Position numbers and translations under genes: made by a program. Positions 27,873-36,168 of a DNA stretch of 40,660 nt are shown piece by piece (position 1 is the stretch's first letter; the number at the start of each line of letters is the position of its first letter). The notes under the pieces were generated by a model, which was not told where the DNA came from, did no database searches, and saw only the letters and a list, made by a program, of their open reading frames with translations. The stretch lies in IMG/VR virus record IMGVR_UViG_3300048865_000017, positions 1 through 40,660 of that record; one strand, given 5' to 3'. This DNA is from a virus (lineage: Duplodnaviria; Caudoviricetes).

Positions 27873-28637
27873 TCAGGCCCCCTCTGTCATGGTTTCGGCG
27901 GGTGTATCAGCTGGCGCGACATAGGCCCCATGAATCACTTCACGCCGCCCAGATGTGGGGGCAGTCACAACGCCTTGTTCTTCCAGCTGTTCAAGAATGC
28001 GCGCCGCCCGGTTGTAGCCTACCTTCAGCCGCTTTTGAATGAACGTAACGGTGGCCGTGCCCGTCTCGATCACGGCGCTTTTCGCGTTCTCGATCAGTGG
28101 GTCTGGCTCGTCATTGGCCGGTGCCAGTGCTTCCAGGCCTGCGCCAGCCTGGGTGCCCTCGCCTTCGCCCTCCGGGTCCTGTTCTTCGTCTAGCCCGTCA
28201 AACTCTTTTTGGTCAGCCTCACCGCGTATGGCATCGTTTGCCGCGTGGTAGTCGTCCGGGGCCAGGATGAGCAAACAGGTTTTACCGCTTGCATCAATCA
28301 AGCTGTGTTTTTCCGGGTCGTTCTTGTCGGCGGTGACCGTGATTTTGATGGCGGGATGAATACGAATATCCTTGAGTTCAACCGGCACGGCCACTGCCCC
28401 ACGGGCGTTGATCACCTTTACCGCCAGCTGCGCACCTTCCTTGCAGGTCTCTTCAATGCGGTTGATGATCTCATTTTGCTGAGCCTCGGAGAGTTTCGGC
28501 CACGGCTCGGGCATTTGCTTGATCTCTTTCAAGCACGCGTTAATCAGGTCCGTGCCTAAAAGCTCAGCGGCAAATTCTGACGCGGGCATGTTCATTTTGT
28601 GGGCCTTGGCCAGCCATTTCTTGTGCTCGGGTTTCAT
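27873..28637 (-). CDS. Phage protein with C-terminal FtsK-gamma winged-helix domain
   Basis: DPL...A...V.....A.V.FIQKRLKVGYNRAARILEQLE.QGVV.....G.REV; no ATPase motor. Confidence 0.88.
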   Translation of the reverse strand: MKPEHKKWLAKAHKMNMPASEFAAELLGTDLINACLKEIKQMPEPWPKLSEAQQNEIINRIEETCKEGAQLAVKVINARGAVAVPVELKDIRIHPAIKITVTADKNDPEKHSLIDASGKTCLLILAPDDYHAANDAIRGEADQKEFDGLDEEQDPEGEGEGTQAGAGLEALAPANDEPDPLIENAKSAVIETGTATVTFIQKRLKVGYNRAARILEQLEEQGVVTAPTSGRREVIHGAYVAPADTPAETMTEGA

Positions 28638-28649
28638 CGTTTCCAGTCC

Positions 28650-29159
28650 TCAAGGGGTGTGGTTGGGCATCATGTCGGCCTGTTCGGCCACTTGCTCGGG
28701 GGTGAGCGTTGGCCAATACGTCTGCGCTATGTAGCGGCAAAGGCCCGAGTAGAACGGGGTAAATTCGGCTTCATCCATTTCATCGAATGCCAATGAACGC
28801 GGCTGATGCGTGGTCAACGTGCCGTAGCCGGGCAACTTGCTGGTGATTACGTCGCAACACAGCCCGCTTTCAGCCTGTAGGCGCTTGATGGCTGCGTGTG
28901 AATCAAGGCCCGTGAACGGCTCGATGTTCTCAGCAACCAGCTGGCCTAGCCGGTGGGCGCGCCGCCACTGCGCCTGATCACGGATCTTGCGCAGTTCTGA
29001 TTTCACGGTGTCGCCCGCTTTGTAGCCCCGCTGGCGCATGTTGCGCAGATCCGAGGCAAAGCGCGGCACCAGGGCCAGGCAAAGCTCACCGGTTGCCGGG
29101 TGCATCATCTCGACAAAGCGCAACGCCACTTCCCGGCTGGGGTTTCTTTTCCTAGCCAC
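28650..29159 (-). CDS. DUF1367/NinB-like protein
   Basis: PRSLAFDEMDEAEF..FY......IA motif. Confidence 0.6.
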   Translation of the reverse strand: MARKRNPSREVALRFVEMMHPATGELCLALVPRFASDLRNMRQRGYKAGDTVKSELRKIRDQAQWRRAHRLGQLVAENIEPFTGLDSHAAIKRLQAESGLCCDVITSKLPGYGTLTTHQPRSLAFDEMDEAEFTPFYSGLCRYIAQTYWPTLTPEQVAEQADMMPNHTP

Positions 29160-29844
29160 GGCGCTTGCCCAGGCTGGCGCGAATATCCGCGATATATTTC
29201 GCCTTTACTTCGGCGCTGCTCTTGTGGATCTCGCTTTTGGGGTCAGGTAGCAGACCTTTAGGAATCGGCCTCATGGGCAAGCCCATGGCGTAGCGGTGGC
29301 AGGCCTTGCTGTAGGCTTCAAAAAACCGGGCGGTGCCTTTGTCCTCGGGTGCGTTCTGTAGCCAGCGGAAGCCACATTCAAGGGCTGCTTCCATCACCAC
29401 GGGTGATGACCATTCGCCCTGTGCGCCTAGGTAGGTCAGCTGCATAGCTTCGCGGTAGGCGTTCAGCGGATGAAGCAGCCCCATATCCTGGGGGGTAGGT
29501 ACGCAAAGCGCTAGGAATCGCCCGGCGCTGGGTGGAAAGTCGGTATCAAGCTTGCGGCAGGCTTCTAGCCCAAAATGCACCTGTTCAAAATGCTGAATAC
29601 CTTCAGCGCGTAGCGCTTTGTAATACTCGCGCTTGGCTGCGTTTAAATCAGCGGGCTTAGGCCAGGTATGCCGCCAGCCTGTGAAAATGCCGCAAAGCTG
29701 GCGGAAAATTTGGTTCACAATATCTGCCAGCGGATCTGCTGATGCCGGGGCGGCCATACGTTCCACTTTGCCTGTGCGTATCTCAGGCTCTGGTAACGCC
29801 AGCCCTTTTGCCACGTCTTTTGAAATATCGCCTATACGCTCCAT
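29152..29844 (-). CDS. Replication protein P (helicase loader)-like
   Basis: VN.IF.QL..IF..W...W, AKR...AL...GI, FPPS.G.F...C motifs; follows the initiator gene. Confidence 0.8.
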   Translation of the reverse strand: MERIGDISKDVAKGLALPEPEIRTGKVERMAAPASADPLADIVNQIFRQLCGIFTGWRHTWPKPADLNAAKREYYKALRAEGIQHFEQVHFGLEACRKLDTDFPPSAGRFLALCVPTPQDMGLLHPLNAYREAMQLTYLGAQGEWSSPVVMEAALECGFRWLQNAPEDKGTARFFEAYSKACHRYAMGLPMRPIPKGLLPDPKSEIHKSSAEVKAKYIADIRASLGKRRG

Positions 29845-29845
29845 C

Positions 29846-30679
29846 TCATGCCCCTTCGACCCAATCGGTTGACTCGTGATCGTGCCCATTGGGGGTGATA
29901 ACCAGCCCCCCGCTATAACGCCCGGTTGACGCGTTTCTCATCCAGTTTCGCCAGCACGCCACCCAATCGACCATGGGTTTGCCGTTGCCGATGTAGTGAT
30001 CAACGAACTTGGCTGTTTCCTCTTTCAAGTCCACCCCCGCGACTTTTTCGGCGGCCCAGGCGCGCATGTCACGCGTCAGCATGAATGGCCGGGTCAGTGG
30101 TTTGGCTCTGGCTCGTCGCGCAGCGGCGGCGGTTTGCTTGGCAGGCGGCGGGGGTGGCGGCGCGGGTTTGATCAAAGGGGGTGGCGGATCGTTTGCGGCT
30201 TTACCGCCCTTGACCGCTCGAAGGGGGGGTATATAGGGGGGTTCTTTTTCTTCTCTTCTCTTCTCTTCTCTGGTCACGCTTTTGTCACGCTTTTGGTGTG
30301 ACACGTCCGTGACCTGTTTTGGTTGTGTGTCACGTCCCTGGCGTGACAAACGTTGACGTATTGCAGCCTCAGCGCGCACCTTGGCCGACTTGCCGTTGTG
30401 GCGCTCAAAATGGGGGAGTTCGATTCCGTCAGCGCTAAAGCTTGCCCAGCCTACGGCCACCAGGGCATCAGATATGCCGGGCATGTGTAGGAAACGGTCA
30501 ATCCAAGCGGGCGTTATTGATGGGGCCTTGCCGTCAACGGTGTGCCGGTCAGCCCACGCCCAAAGCCGGGCCAGCTTGCCTACTACCTCATCTTCCGAGA
30601 TATCCAGCCGGGCAGAAATACAAATGACTGCGGGGTCGTCGTGTAGATCTACGCGCAGTTTTATCCAGTCACCAGCCAT
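29846..30679 (-). CDS. Phage replication initiator (O-like)
   Basis: MAGDWIKLR.DL.DDP.V, LW.WAD, F..HNG.SAK, REEKRREEK, F.DHY and DW.A.WRNW motifs; internal iterons. Confidence 0.85.
   Translation of the reverse strand: MAGDWIKLRVDLHDDPAVICISARLDISEDEVVGKLARLWAWADRHTVDGKAPSITPAWIDRFLHMPGISDALVAVGWASFSADGIELPHFERHNGKSAKVRAEAAIRQRLSRQGRDTQPKQVTDVSHQKRDKSVTREEKRREEKEPPYIPPLRAVKGGKAANDPPPPLIKPAPPPPPPAKQTAAAARRARAKPLTRPFMLTRDMRAWAAEKVAGVDLKEETAKFVDHYIGNGKPMVDWVACWRNWMRNASTGRYSGGLVITPNGHDHESTDWVEGA
30244..30350. other. Lytic replication origin within the initiator gene
   Basis: GTCACGCTTTT tandem at 30273 and 30284, GTGAC/GTCAC at 30298, 30309, 30329 and 30343, next to a (TTCTC)4 strand-asymmetric tract. 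Confidence 0.7.
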
Positions 30680-30833
30680 AAAAACCTACTTCTCAAGCTC
30701 GGCACGTTTGGGTTAGGGTTCACATCACTGCATATTCCCGCCCCGCTTGCCCTCTGGTGGGGCATCCTGTCGCCTGATTCCATGGCTTTTAAAGCGCTAA
30801 GAGGTGGCGTGATATCATCTCGCCCCTACCCTC

Positions 30834-31157
30834 TCAGGCCTGTTTTTGTGTTATTTGGCCCTGTTCGCTTTCGCGGCGCTCAAGGTTGTCCACGATTGCG
30901 CCGATGTATTTAAGCAGTCGTTCGAGTTCATCAATTCCGCGTTTTAACGCGTCATGACCCAACGGCTCAGGGGGTGAATTATGTTTATCTGTTGCCGGGT
31001 CGGCTCGGAGCGCGCCAAAGGTTATGCGCTCAATCTCGTATTGCCGGGCGCGTGGGATTTGTTCACCCCACTGCCTCACAGCGCTGGTGGTTATTTCAAG
31101 CGCCTTGGCCAAGCGATTGAGCGAGCCAAAATAAGCAATACATTCAGAACGGTTCAT
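30834..31157 (-). CDS. cro: Cro-like repressor
   Basis: FGS...LA.AL.IT.SAV.QWG..IP..RQ.EIE..T.G.L motif; divergent from cI. Confidence 0.85.
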   Translation of the reverse strand: MNRSECIAYFGSLNRLAKALEITTSAVRQWGEQIPRARQYEIERITFGALRADPATDKHNSPPEPLGHDALKRGIDELERLLKYIGAIVDNLERRESEQGQITQKQA

Positions 31158-31194
31158 ATATGCGCGATTCCAGCGAGCAAGGCACGAATAAGAA

Positions 31195-31227
31195 AAGCAG
31201 ACTTACATCACAGACGCAAGCCAGCTT
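31195..31227. promoter_or_regulatory. OR-like operators (AAG-N4-CTT)
   Basis: AAGCAGACTT at 31195 and AAGCCAGCTT at 31218, 23 bp apart; the same pairing recurs at 32087/32110. Confidence 0.7.
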
Positions 31228-31255
31228 CAACGATACGCCCCTAGACTGCGCCGCT

Positions 31256-32005
31256 ATGTCAGTCACGGAACGAATGCAATACCTACTTACGAAACGGGGC
31301 GTACAGGAAAAAGACATAAAACCCACGCTGGCTAAAGCTTGCGGCGTGTCTTATTCGGCTGTGCGTCAATGGTTTAGCAAAGATGTTGCCGAAGGTGGGA
31401 TAAGACTTGAACACGTTATAGCTATCGCCCTGAAGTACAGGGTTTCGCTTGATTGGCTGGCCCTGGGGCGGGGGCCTATGGATGAAACTGCGGCTGAGAA
31501 TATGCGCCAGGCCTTGGGAGACCATAGCGCAAACAGAAAAGCCAAAATCGGTCAAAGTGATTTGCCCGAGTGGGTCACGATCCAGATGTTTGACGTGGGC
31601 GAAAGCGCGGGCGCTGGCCCAGCTATGCCAGAAGGTTTTGTTCAAGTTATTTATGGGTTTACGGTGTCCCGTGAGTGGCTGAAATACTTGGGAGTCCCGT
31701 TCACATCTGTTGAAAACCTGGCAATGCTTACCAGTGATAGTGATGAGATGCTGGGCACCTATCAGCCCGGTGACGCGTTATTAATTGACCGGGGGGTAAA
31801 GGAGTTTAAAGAAAATTCTGTTTATGTTGCCCGGATCGGTGAGCGAATCGTCATTAAGCGTTTACAGCTCATGAACGATGGCGTTATCAAAGTCATTTCA
31901 GACAATCCAAAATATTTACCAGACGATATAAAACCTGAAGTAAGAGATACCCAGCTTAGAATCATTGCAAAAGTTCTACTGGCGTTTAATACCCGCCGCC
32001 TATAG
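31256..32005 (+). CDS. cI: CI-like repressor (HTH plus S24 domain; catalytic Ser position reads Glu)
   Basis: HTH LAKACGVSYSAVRQWF, VSLDWL..G.G, SAG.G, D-E-M...GD.LLID and IKRL motifs. Confidence 0.9.
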   Translation: MSVTERMQYLLTKRGVQEKDIKPTLAKACGVSYSAVRQWFSKDVAEGGIRLEHVIAIALKYRVSLDWLALGRGPMDETAAENMRQALGDHSANRKAKIGQSDLPEWVTIQMFDVGESAGAGPAMPEGFVQVIYGFTVSREWLKYLGVPFTSVENLAMLTSDSDEMLGTYQPGDALLIDRGVKEFKENSVYVARIGERIVIKRLQLMNDGVIKVISDNPKYLPDDIKPEVRDTQLRIIAKVLLAFNTRRL

Positions 32006-32037
32006 CAAACAGTAAATAAAATGTAATTTTTGTCGCC

Positions 32038-32069
32038 AAAACCCCGCCACTGAGCGGGGTTTTTATTTT
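32038..32069 (+). terminator. Intrinsic terminator after cI
   Basis: AAAACCCCGC-CACTGA-GCGGGGTTTT followed by TATTTT. Confidence 0.85.
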
Positions 32070-32086
32070 CACCCTCAAAAAGATGA

Positions 32087-32136
32087 AAGCCAGCTTACAC
32101 GCTAGACAGAAGCAAACTTATGCGCTAAACCTGCTT
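32087..32136 (+). promoter_or_regulatory. OL-like operators overlapping a pL-like promoter
   Basis: AAGCCAGCTT (32087), AAGCAAACTT (32110), AAACCTGCTT (32127); TAGACA at 32103 with TAAACC 17 bp later. Confidence 0.65.
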
Positions 32137-32168
32137 TCAGGCATCTACGGGCCAGGCCGTTACAACTG

Positions 32169-32504
32169 ATGATTGATTTTTTGGAGACTGAAGAGGGCAA
32201 AAGCTGGTATGCCCAAAGCATGGAACGGCTCTTAACAGGTCGCCCCGTGCAAGTCAGCGCCAGCTGCCCTGGCGGGCCTTATCCACCAGCCCTGTTTCTG
32301 AATGTTGATTTGGTAATAACTGGTACGCCCGGTAAAGCGCTGGAAGTCACCAGGGCGCGCATTCGGGGGCAACTGCCCCCGGCGCTCATCAGCTGTGATG
32401 ACCCCCTGGCCCGTCAGATTGCCTCTGAATTTCTCACCGAACTGGCCCAGCTGTCCGGGCTATTTGACGAACCCAGGGGGAATGCCCGTGGCACTAACAA
32501 ATGA
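32169..32504 (+). CDS. Hypothetical protein, first gene of the pL-like operon
   Basis: 111-aa ORF downstream of the operators. Confidence 0.55.
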   Translation: MIDFLETEEGKSWYAQSMERLLTGRPVQVSASCPGGPYPPALFLNVDLVITGTPGKALEVTRARIRGQLPPALISCDDPLARQIASEFLTELAQLSGLFDEPRGNARGTNK

Positions 32505-33057
32505 TGACTACCGGTTACTGATGCAAATAGCCTCACAAGGCGATAAAGCGGAAGTTCAAGCATCAATAGGCAACCCGCCTCACGTTGTCGCCGGGCGCTG
32601 GTATGAGGTCCAAGGCCTTGATAAAGATGGTGATTTAAAGATCGAATTTGAAAAGGGCATGGTGTCGGGTTTGTCAGAGCAAACGCTGATCAATGTTTTT
32701 GATGATTGCCGCGCCGATCCTGAAGTTTTGAAAAAAGCCCGCGCCACCCTGGCTGAGATTGATGCCACCAAGCTTGACACGCTGCGGCGACTTACTGCGT
32801 CCCTGTTAGAGCCTCAGCCCGCGTTAAAGGTGGGGGATGTGTGCGAGTGGAAGCCGGGCCTATCTAACCGGCAATTCGTCGGCCCGTTCATGGTCACTGA
32901 AGTTCTTGAATTCCCCCTACGCGATGAGTCCTTAAAAGCTGATTCATGCTATTGGAACGAACCCCTAGATGTGCGGCTTAGCGTTTTGACGGGTGAAGGA
33001 AACCGCCCATTGGTTGAAATATATGCCGACTCCCGCCGCTTCAGGCTCAAACCGTGA
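32482..33057 (+). CDS. Hypothetical protein
   Basis: AGGGGG RBS; LKVGD...WKPGL.N and DSRRF motifs. Confidence 0.65.
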   Translation: MPVALTNDDYRLLMQIASQGDKAEVQASIGNPPHVVAGRWYEVQGLDKDGDLKIEFEKGMVSGLSEQTLINVFDDCRADPEVLKKARATLAEIDATKLDTLRRLTASLLEPQPALKVGDVCEWKPGLSNRQFVGPFMVTEVLEFPLRDESLKADSCYWNEPLDVRLSVLTGEGNRPLVEIYADSRRFRLKP

Positions 33058-33191
33058 GCCATGACCGGGACCGCACCGACCCCCAGGGCTGGCGCGGTTT
33101 TATCGTCGGCTTTGGCGTGTGCCTGCTCATTTCCGGCCTGATTGCAGCGGCGGGCATCATCACTGATCAGGGGTATATCATACCCACATGA
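33054..33191 (+). CDS. Small single-TM protein, 45 aa (absent from the ORF track)
   Basis: GTGA overlap with the upstream stop; MSHDRDRTDPQGWRGFIVGFGVCLLISGLIAAAGIITDQGYIIPT*. Confidence 0.55.
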   Translation: MSHDRDRTDPQGWRGFIVGFGVCLLISGLIAAAGIITDQGYIIPT

Positions 33192-33234
33192 TATACCCCT
33201 CAGAGGTATTTTATACCTCTGATATATCCATGGA
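33167..33234. repeat. ATACCCC(TGAT) repeat cluster 1, parS/parC-like
   Basis: ATCAGGGGTATAT (33167) is the exact reverse complement of 36125-36137; further copies at 33180, 33193, 33213 and 33224; palindrome TCAGAGGTAT-TTT-ATACCTCTGA. Confidence 0.65.
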
Positions 33235-33520
33235 TAACAACATGACCCCAGAACAACAAAAGCACATAAACGATATTTTCAGGATGGGTGGCGGCAGTTA
33301 TCTTGAACTGCGTTTGCTTGATGACGGCACCATCGTTGGAATAGGCCCGCTTATATTCACAACGGCCATTTATATTGATATGGACGTGTACGGCTGGGGG
33401 CGGCGGTATTGCTTTGATAGCCACGCTAAAGCCGTCGAACAGTACCGGCTATTGCAAACCGGTGATGATGCGCCCGTGGGGTTCATAGCCAGTCGGCCTG
33501 AAGTGGTAGTAGAGGGTTAA
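33230..33520 (+). CDS. Hypothetical phage protein
   Basis: ORF start moved downstream of the repeat cluster; FTTAI.......G..RRYCF motif. Confidence 0.65.
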   Translation: MDNNMTPEQQKHINDIFRMGGGSYLELRLLDDGTIVGIGPLIFTTAIYIDMDVYGWGRRYCFDSHAKAVEQYRLLQTGDDAPVGFIASRPEVVVEG

Positions 33521-33523
33521 GCC

Positions 33524-33856
33524 ATGGGAAGGCATATCAAAAAGCAACGAATTAAAACCGTCCGCATTCGCCGCCGATGCACCACCAAAGCCGAAAGCCT
33601 GCGCACCGAAACAACAATCGAATGTTCGCTTGAGGCGCTTTGTAAATACATCAATTACACATTCACCGAACGTGGCGAGTTCATCGCGCCCGTGACGCCT
33701 GAACGCGTACACATCAAAGGCTTTGGCCATGACGTTTCTATTGATTGGGACGTGGAATTAATCACCATAGATGGCTATGGCGTGTGGGGCATGGCTGATG
33801 GGTTTATAGCCAGTATGGAAAACCAAACCGCCCAGGCTTGGGGCCTGGCTCAATGA
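33524..33856 (+). CDS. Hypothetical protein
   Basis: 110-aa ORF with a GAGGG RBS. Confidence 0.6.
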   Translation: MGRHIKKQRIKTVRIRRRCTTKAESLRTETTIECSLEALCKYINYTFTERGEFIAPVTPERVHIKGFGHDVSIDWDVELITIDGYGVWGMADGFIASMENQTAQAWGLAQ

Positions 33857-33866
33857 GGGGCAATCC

Positions 33867-34070
33867 ATGCATAACAAGCTGATCGAAAAGCGCAACAAAC
33901 AGAAACGCCACAACGCGGCGCAGAAAGTCATGCCGTCCCTGGGCGGACGCCAAAACACGACACAGCGGCAGGTTGATGACTCTCAGGCCTGGGGCAATGA
34001 TAGCGGCACATCGGGTGGTGATGAGTCGGGCGGCAGTAGCGGGGGTGACTCGGGGGGCGGGTCTGATTAG
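33867..34070 (+). CDS. Hypothetical protein with Gly/Ser/Asp-rich tail
   Basis: GAGGGG RBS; ends at a bidirectional terminator. Confidence 0.55.
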   Translation: MHNKLIEKRNKQKRHNAAQKVMPSLGGRQNTTQRQVDDSQAWGNDSGTSGGDESGGSSGGDSGGGSD

Positions 34071-34075
34071 GGCAC

Positions 34076-34102
34076 AAAGGGCGGCATATAGCCGCCTTTT
34101 TT
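34076..34102. terminator. Bidirectional terminator between converging operons
   Basis: AAAGGGCGGC-ATATA-GCCGCCTTTTTT. Confidence 0.75.
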
Positions 34103-34289
34103 ATCGCCTGGGAATGCGTAGCGGGCCAGCCTTAGTGATCAGTACACCACTTGCAACAAGGCTACACGCCAAACCTACATAATGAATTCCCATAGGGCGA
34201 CCGTAGAGCATGTACGCAAGAAGAAGGCTTAAACCTAGTGAAAACCAGCTGGCTACCGCGTACCGGTTGAATGTGTATTCACGGCTCAT
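34101..34289 (-). CDS. Small two-TM membrane protein
   Basis: Two hydrophobic segments; GAAGGA RBS. Confidence 0.55.
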   Translation of the reverse strand: MSREYTFNRYAVASWFSLGLSLLLAYMLYGRPMGIHYVGLACSLVASGVLITKAGPLRIPRR

Positions 34290-34509
34290 GGTTTGCGGGT
34301 CCTTCTTCTATTTCCCCTCGGTTGATCTTAGCCAACATCATAAGCATCTGGGTCTCATCTGCCAGCACGGGTTCATCAAAGCCGCCCGGTGATTCGGCTA
34401 TCTTGTGTCTCAGAAAATTGGCAGCGGGTGACCAGTCGCCAAAGGCTATTTTAGTCAGCATCAGCCAGTTGCCCAGCGTGGATGGTAGGTTTCCTAAGAA
34501 CTGGCCCAT
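34279..34509 (-). CDS. Hypothetical protein
   Basis: 76-aa ORF overlapping the next gene. Confidence 0.55.
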   Translation of the reverse strand: MGQFLGNLPSTLGNWLMLTKIAFGDWSPAANFLRHKIAESPGGFDEPVLADETQMLMMLAKINRGEIEEGPANHEP

Positions 34510-34756
34510 GCTAGAGGCGCCCTTTGCTTAATAGGTGTTATACGAAGTCGCGCTTATTACCTAGTGATTCAGCTATTACTTTCGGCGCTCCCCCTGTCTC
34601 TGCATACAGACGAGCGCAAACGTCTTCTTTCATGCAAATAGGGGGTACGTCAACGCATACCCCATGACAAGGCGCGGTGACACGAAACCCGTTTTTACAG
34701 TTATTACCGATTAGGGCGCTGCATGAGTTTGGTTTTGCCATATGCCCATAACCTCG

Positions 34757-34785
34757 ATTTACCATATGTGGGGATTATGCGAACT
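34757..34785 (-). other. XerCD recombination site (cer/dif-like)
   Basis: Minus strand AGTTCGCATAA-TCCCCAC-ATATGGTAAAT. XerC arm 9/11 to E. coli dif GGTGCGCATAA; XerD arm 10/11 to ColE1 cer TTATGGTAAAT; 7-bp spacer. Confidence 0.7.
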
Positions 34786-34798
34786 CACATAGACGGCG

Positions 34799-35116
34799 TT
34801 ACCTGCCGTCTATGCCTGCGTTATTCGCGGCCTGTAGGCTCGCTGCCACTCTCACTTTTTCTGCTTCCCATAGCCGATATGGGCGCAAAAACCGCCCGTT
34901 ATGGTCTCGTCCTGACTGGTAGATATAGAGCGTGATTTGTCCACCCCCCTCACATGCTACAGTATGCCCACGAAAGGCATGGCGGCAGTTCTCGCCGCCA
35001 GGGCATCTCGCTTTGAATCGCCAAAAGCCGCGTGTATCTGTTATTTCTAGGTCATCCGGCGTTACACCATAATGATGAATCTTTAGATAACGCGCTAAAT
35101 CTTCATGAGAACTCAT
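34799..35116 (-). CDS. Hypothetical protein with Cys/His motif
   Basis: GGGAG RBS; C.....C.H....H...C pattern. Confidence 0.6.
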   Translation of the reverse strand: MSSHEDLARYLKIHHYGVTPDDLEITDTRGFWRFKARCPGGENCRHAFRGHTVACEGGGQITLYIYQSGRDHNGRFLRPYRLWEAEKVRVAASLQAANNAGIDGR

Positions 35117-35195
35117 GGGGTGAACTCCCGTTGACGGCTCTACAGGCCGTCAATGTCCACGGCTGGTGCAACCTGTAGAGGCGTGATATAGCAAG

Positions 35196-35516
35196 TCATC
35201 TGGCGCACCATCCAAGCCAGGCCCCTTCTACCCAATCAATGGAATATCGGCCATCAGTGCGCCTTTCAAACAGGGTTTTTAAAAGCGCGTCCCGCTCGCT
35301 GTAACCATAACGTTCAATAGCTAAACGGCGGGCGACGACTTCAAACGCGGTACGCTGGCTGGCCTCATCTGCTATGCCGTCCACTTCAAAATAAACCGGG
35401 ACCGTGTGTAACGTCTCTTCATCATAATGACTAAGCACCGATATAGCCCCCAGCGACCCATCGACAAGCCGTTTAATCATTTTTGGCTGTGCGTAACCTA
35501 ATAAACCTTTGTTCAT
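35196..35516 (-). CDS. Hypothetical phage protein
   Basis: R.AFE...R..DGRY....V.GAW.GW motif. Confidence 0.6.
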   Translation of the reverse strand: MNKGLLGYAQPKMIKRLVDGSLGAISVLSHYDEETLHTVPVYFEVDGIADEASQRTAFEVVARRLAIERYGYSERDALLKTLFERRTDGRYSIDWVEGAWLGWCAR

Positions 35517-35577
35517 GTTTAATCCGTTGCTTATTGCAGATTAAGTGGCGGGCGGTGTCCCGGCTTGGCATCCTTTC

Positions 35578-35751
35578 TTACATCGTTTCGATTATCAGGC
35601 CTGGCAAGTAGTAGGCCCGGTGGTCCTCATCACCAAAACGTCCAATCACCCGCGTAGCGGTGTCTACGTCAACGTCATCAATCAACGTGAAGCGTTCCCC
35701 GTTCATAGGGTTCAGGTACGTGACGCGCACGTGTGGGGCCTGGGCGTCCAT
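35578..35751 (-). CDS. Hypothetical protein, 57 aa (absent from the ORF track)
   Basis: TGATG coupling to 35751-36035; MDAQAPHVRVTYLNPMNGERFTLIDDVDVDTATRVIGRFGDEDHRAYYLPGLIIETM*. Confidence 0.55.
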   Translation of the reverse strand: MDAQAPHVRVTYLNPMNGERFTLIDDVDVDTATRVIGRFGDEDHRAYYLPGLIIETM

Positions 35752-36035
35752 CAGTGCGCCTTAGCTCTATCTAGGGCGGCACGGGCTTTAACAGCGTCTT
35801 TCCACTCCACAACTTCGAGATGTAAATCTCTCATTTTGCGCAAGTCATCCCGCGTAGGTTCTCTATCGTTATCAAGCATTTCAAGCATCGCTGAAAACAC
35901 ATAAGACGCCCCCGCATGGAATGCTAAATCTATATCCGCTATACGGGCAGGCTCAGCATCTGAGGGCACACAGTGCGCTAGATAGCTCTCCCACCCCTGT
36001 TTCAATATGCCCATTTGCTGTGCCTCCTTTGTCAT
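35751..36035 (-). CDS. Hypothetical phage protein
   Basis: W.SY....VP.DA.......LAF.AGA motif. Confidence 0.65.
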   Translation of the reverse strand: MTKEAQQMGILKQGWESYLAHCVPSDAEPARIADIDLAFHAGASYVFSAMLEMLDNDREPTRDDLRKMRDLHLEVVEWKDAVKARAALDRAKAH

Positions 36036-36071
36036 TTGAATCGCTATTGTATGCGCTGGCGCTCAAACATG

Positions 36072-36137
36072 GAACCCCTATCATACCTACTTCATACCCC
36101 TGTCATATATACATTGGGGTTTTAATATACCCCTGAT
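36072..36137. repeat. ATACCCC repeat cluster 2 (11-bp period) in a divergent promoter region
   Basis: GAACCCCTATC (36072), ATACCTACTTC (36083), ATACCCCTGTC (36094), ATACCCCTGAT (36127), all in 11-bp register. Confidence 0.7.
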
Positions 36138-36168
36138 AGGGTTATGCTAGGCATCCATTGATAAGGGG

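Noticed and set aside
720-30716. Many plus-strand ORFs antisense to structural and replication genes
   Set aside because: They are shadow frames of well-supported minus-strand genes, without motifs.
34538-34765. 75-aa minus-strand ORF
   Set aside because: Its start overlaps the Xer-like site and it has no recognisable motif; a shorter version cannot be excluded.
36100-36115. CTGTCATATATACATT as a LexA box
   Set aside because: Spacing and right half do not fit CTGT-N8-ACAG; better explained as part of the 11-bp array.
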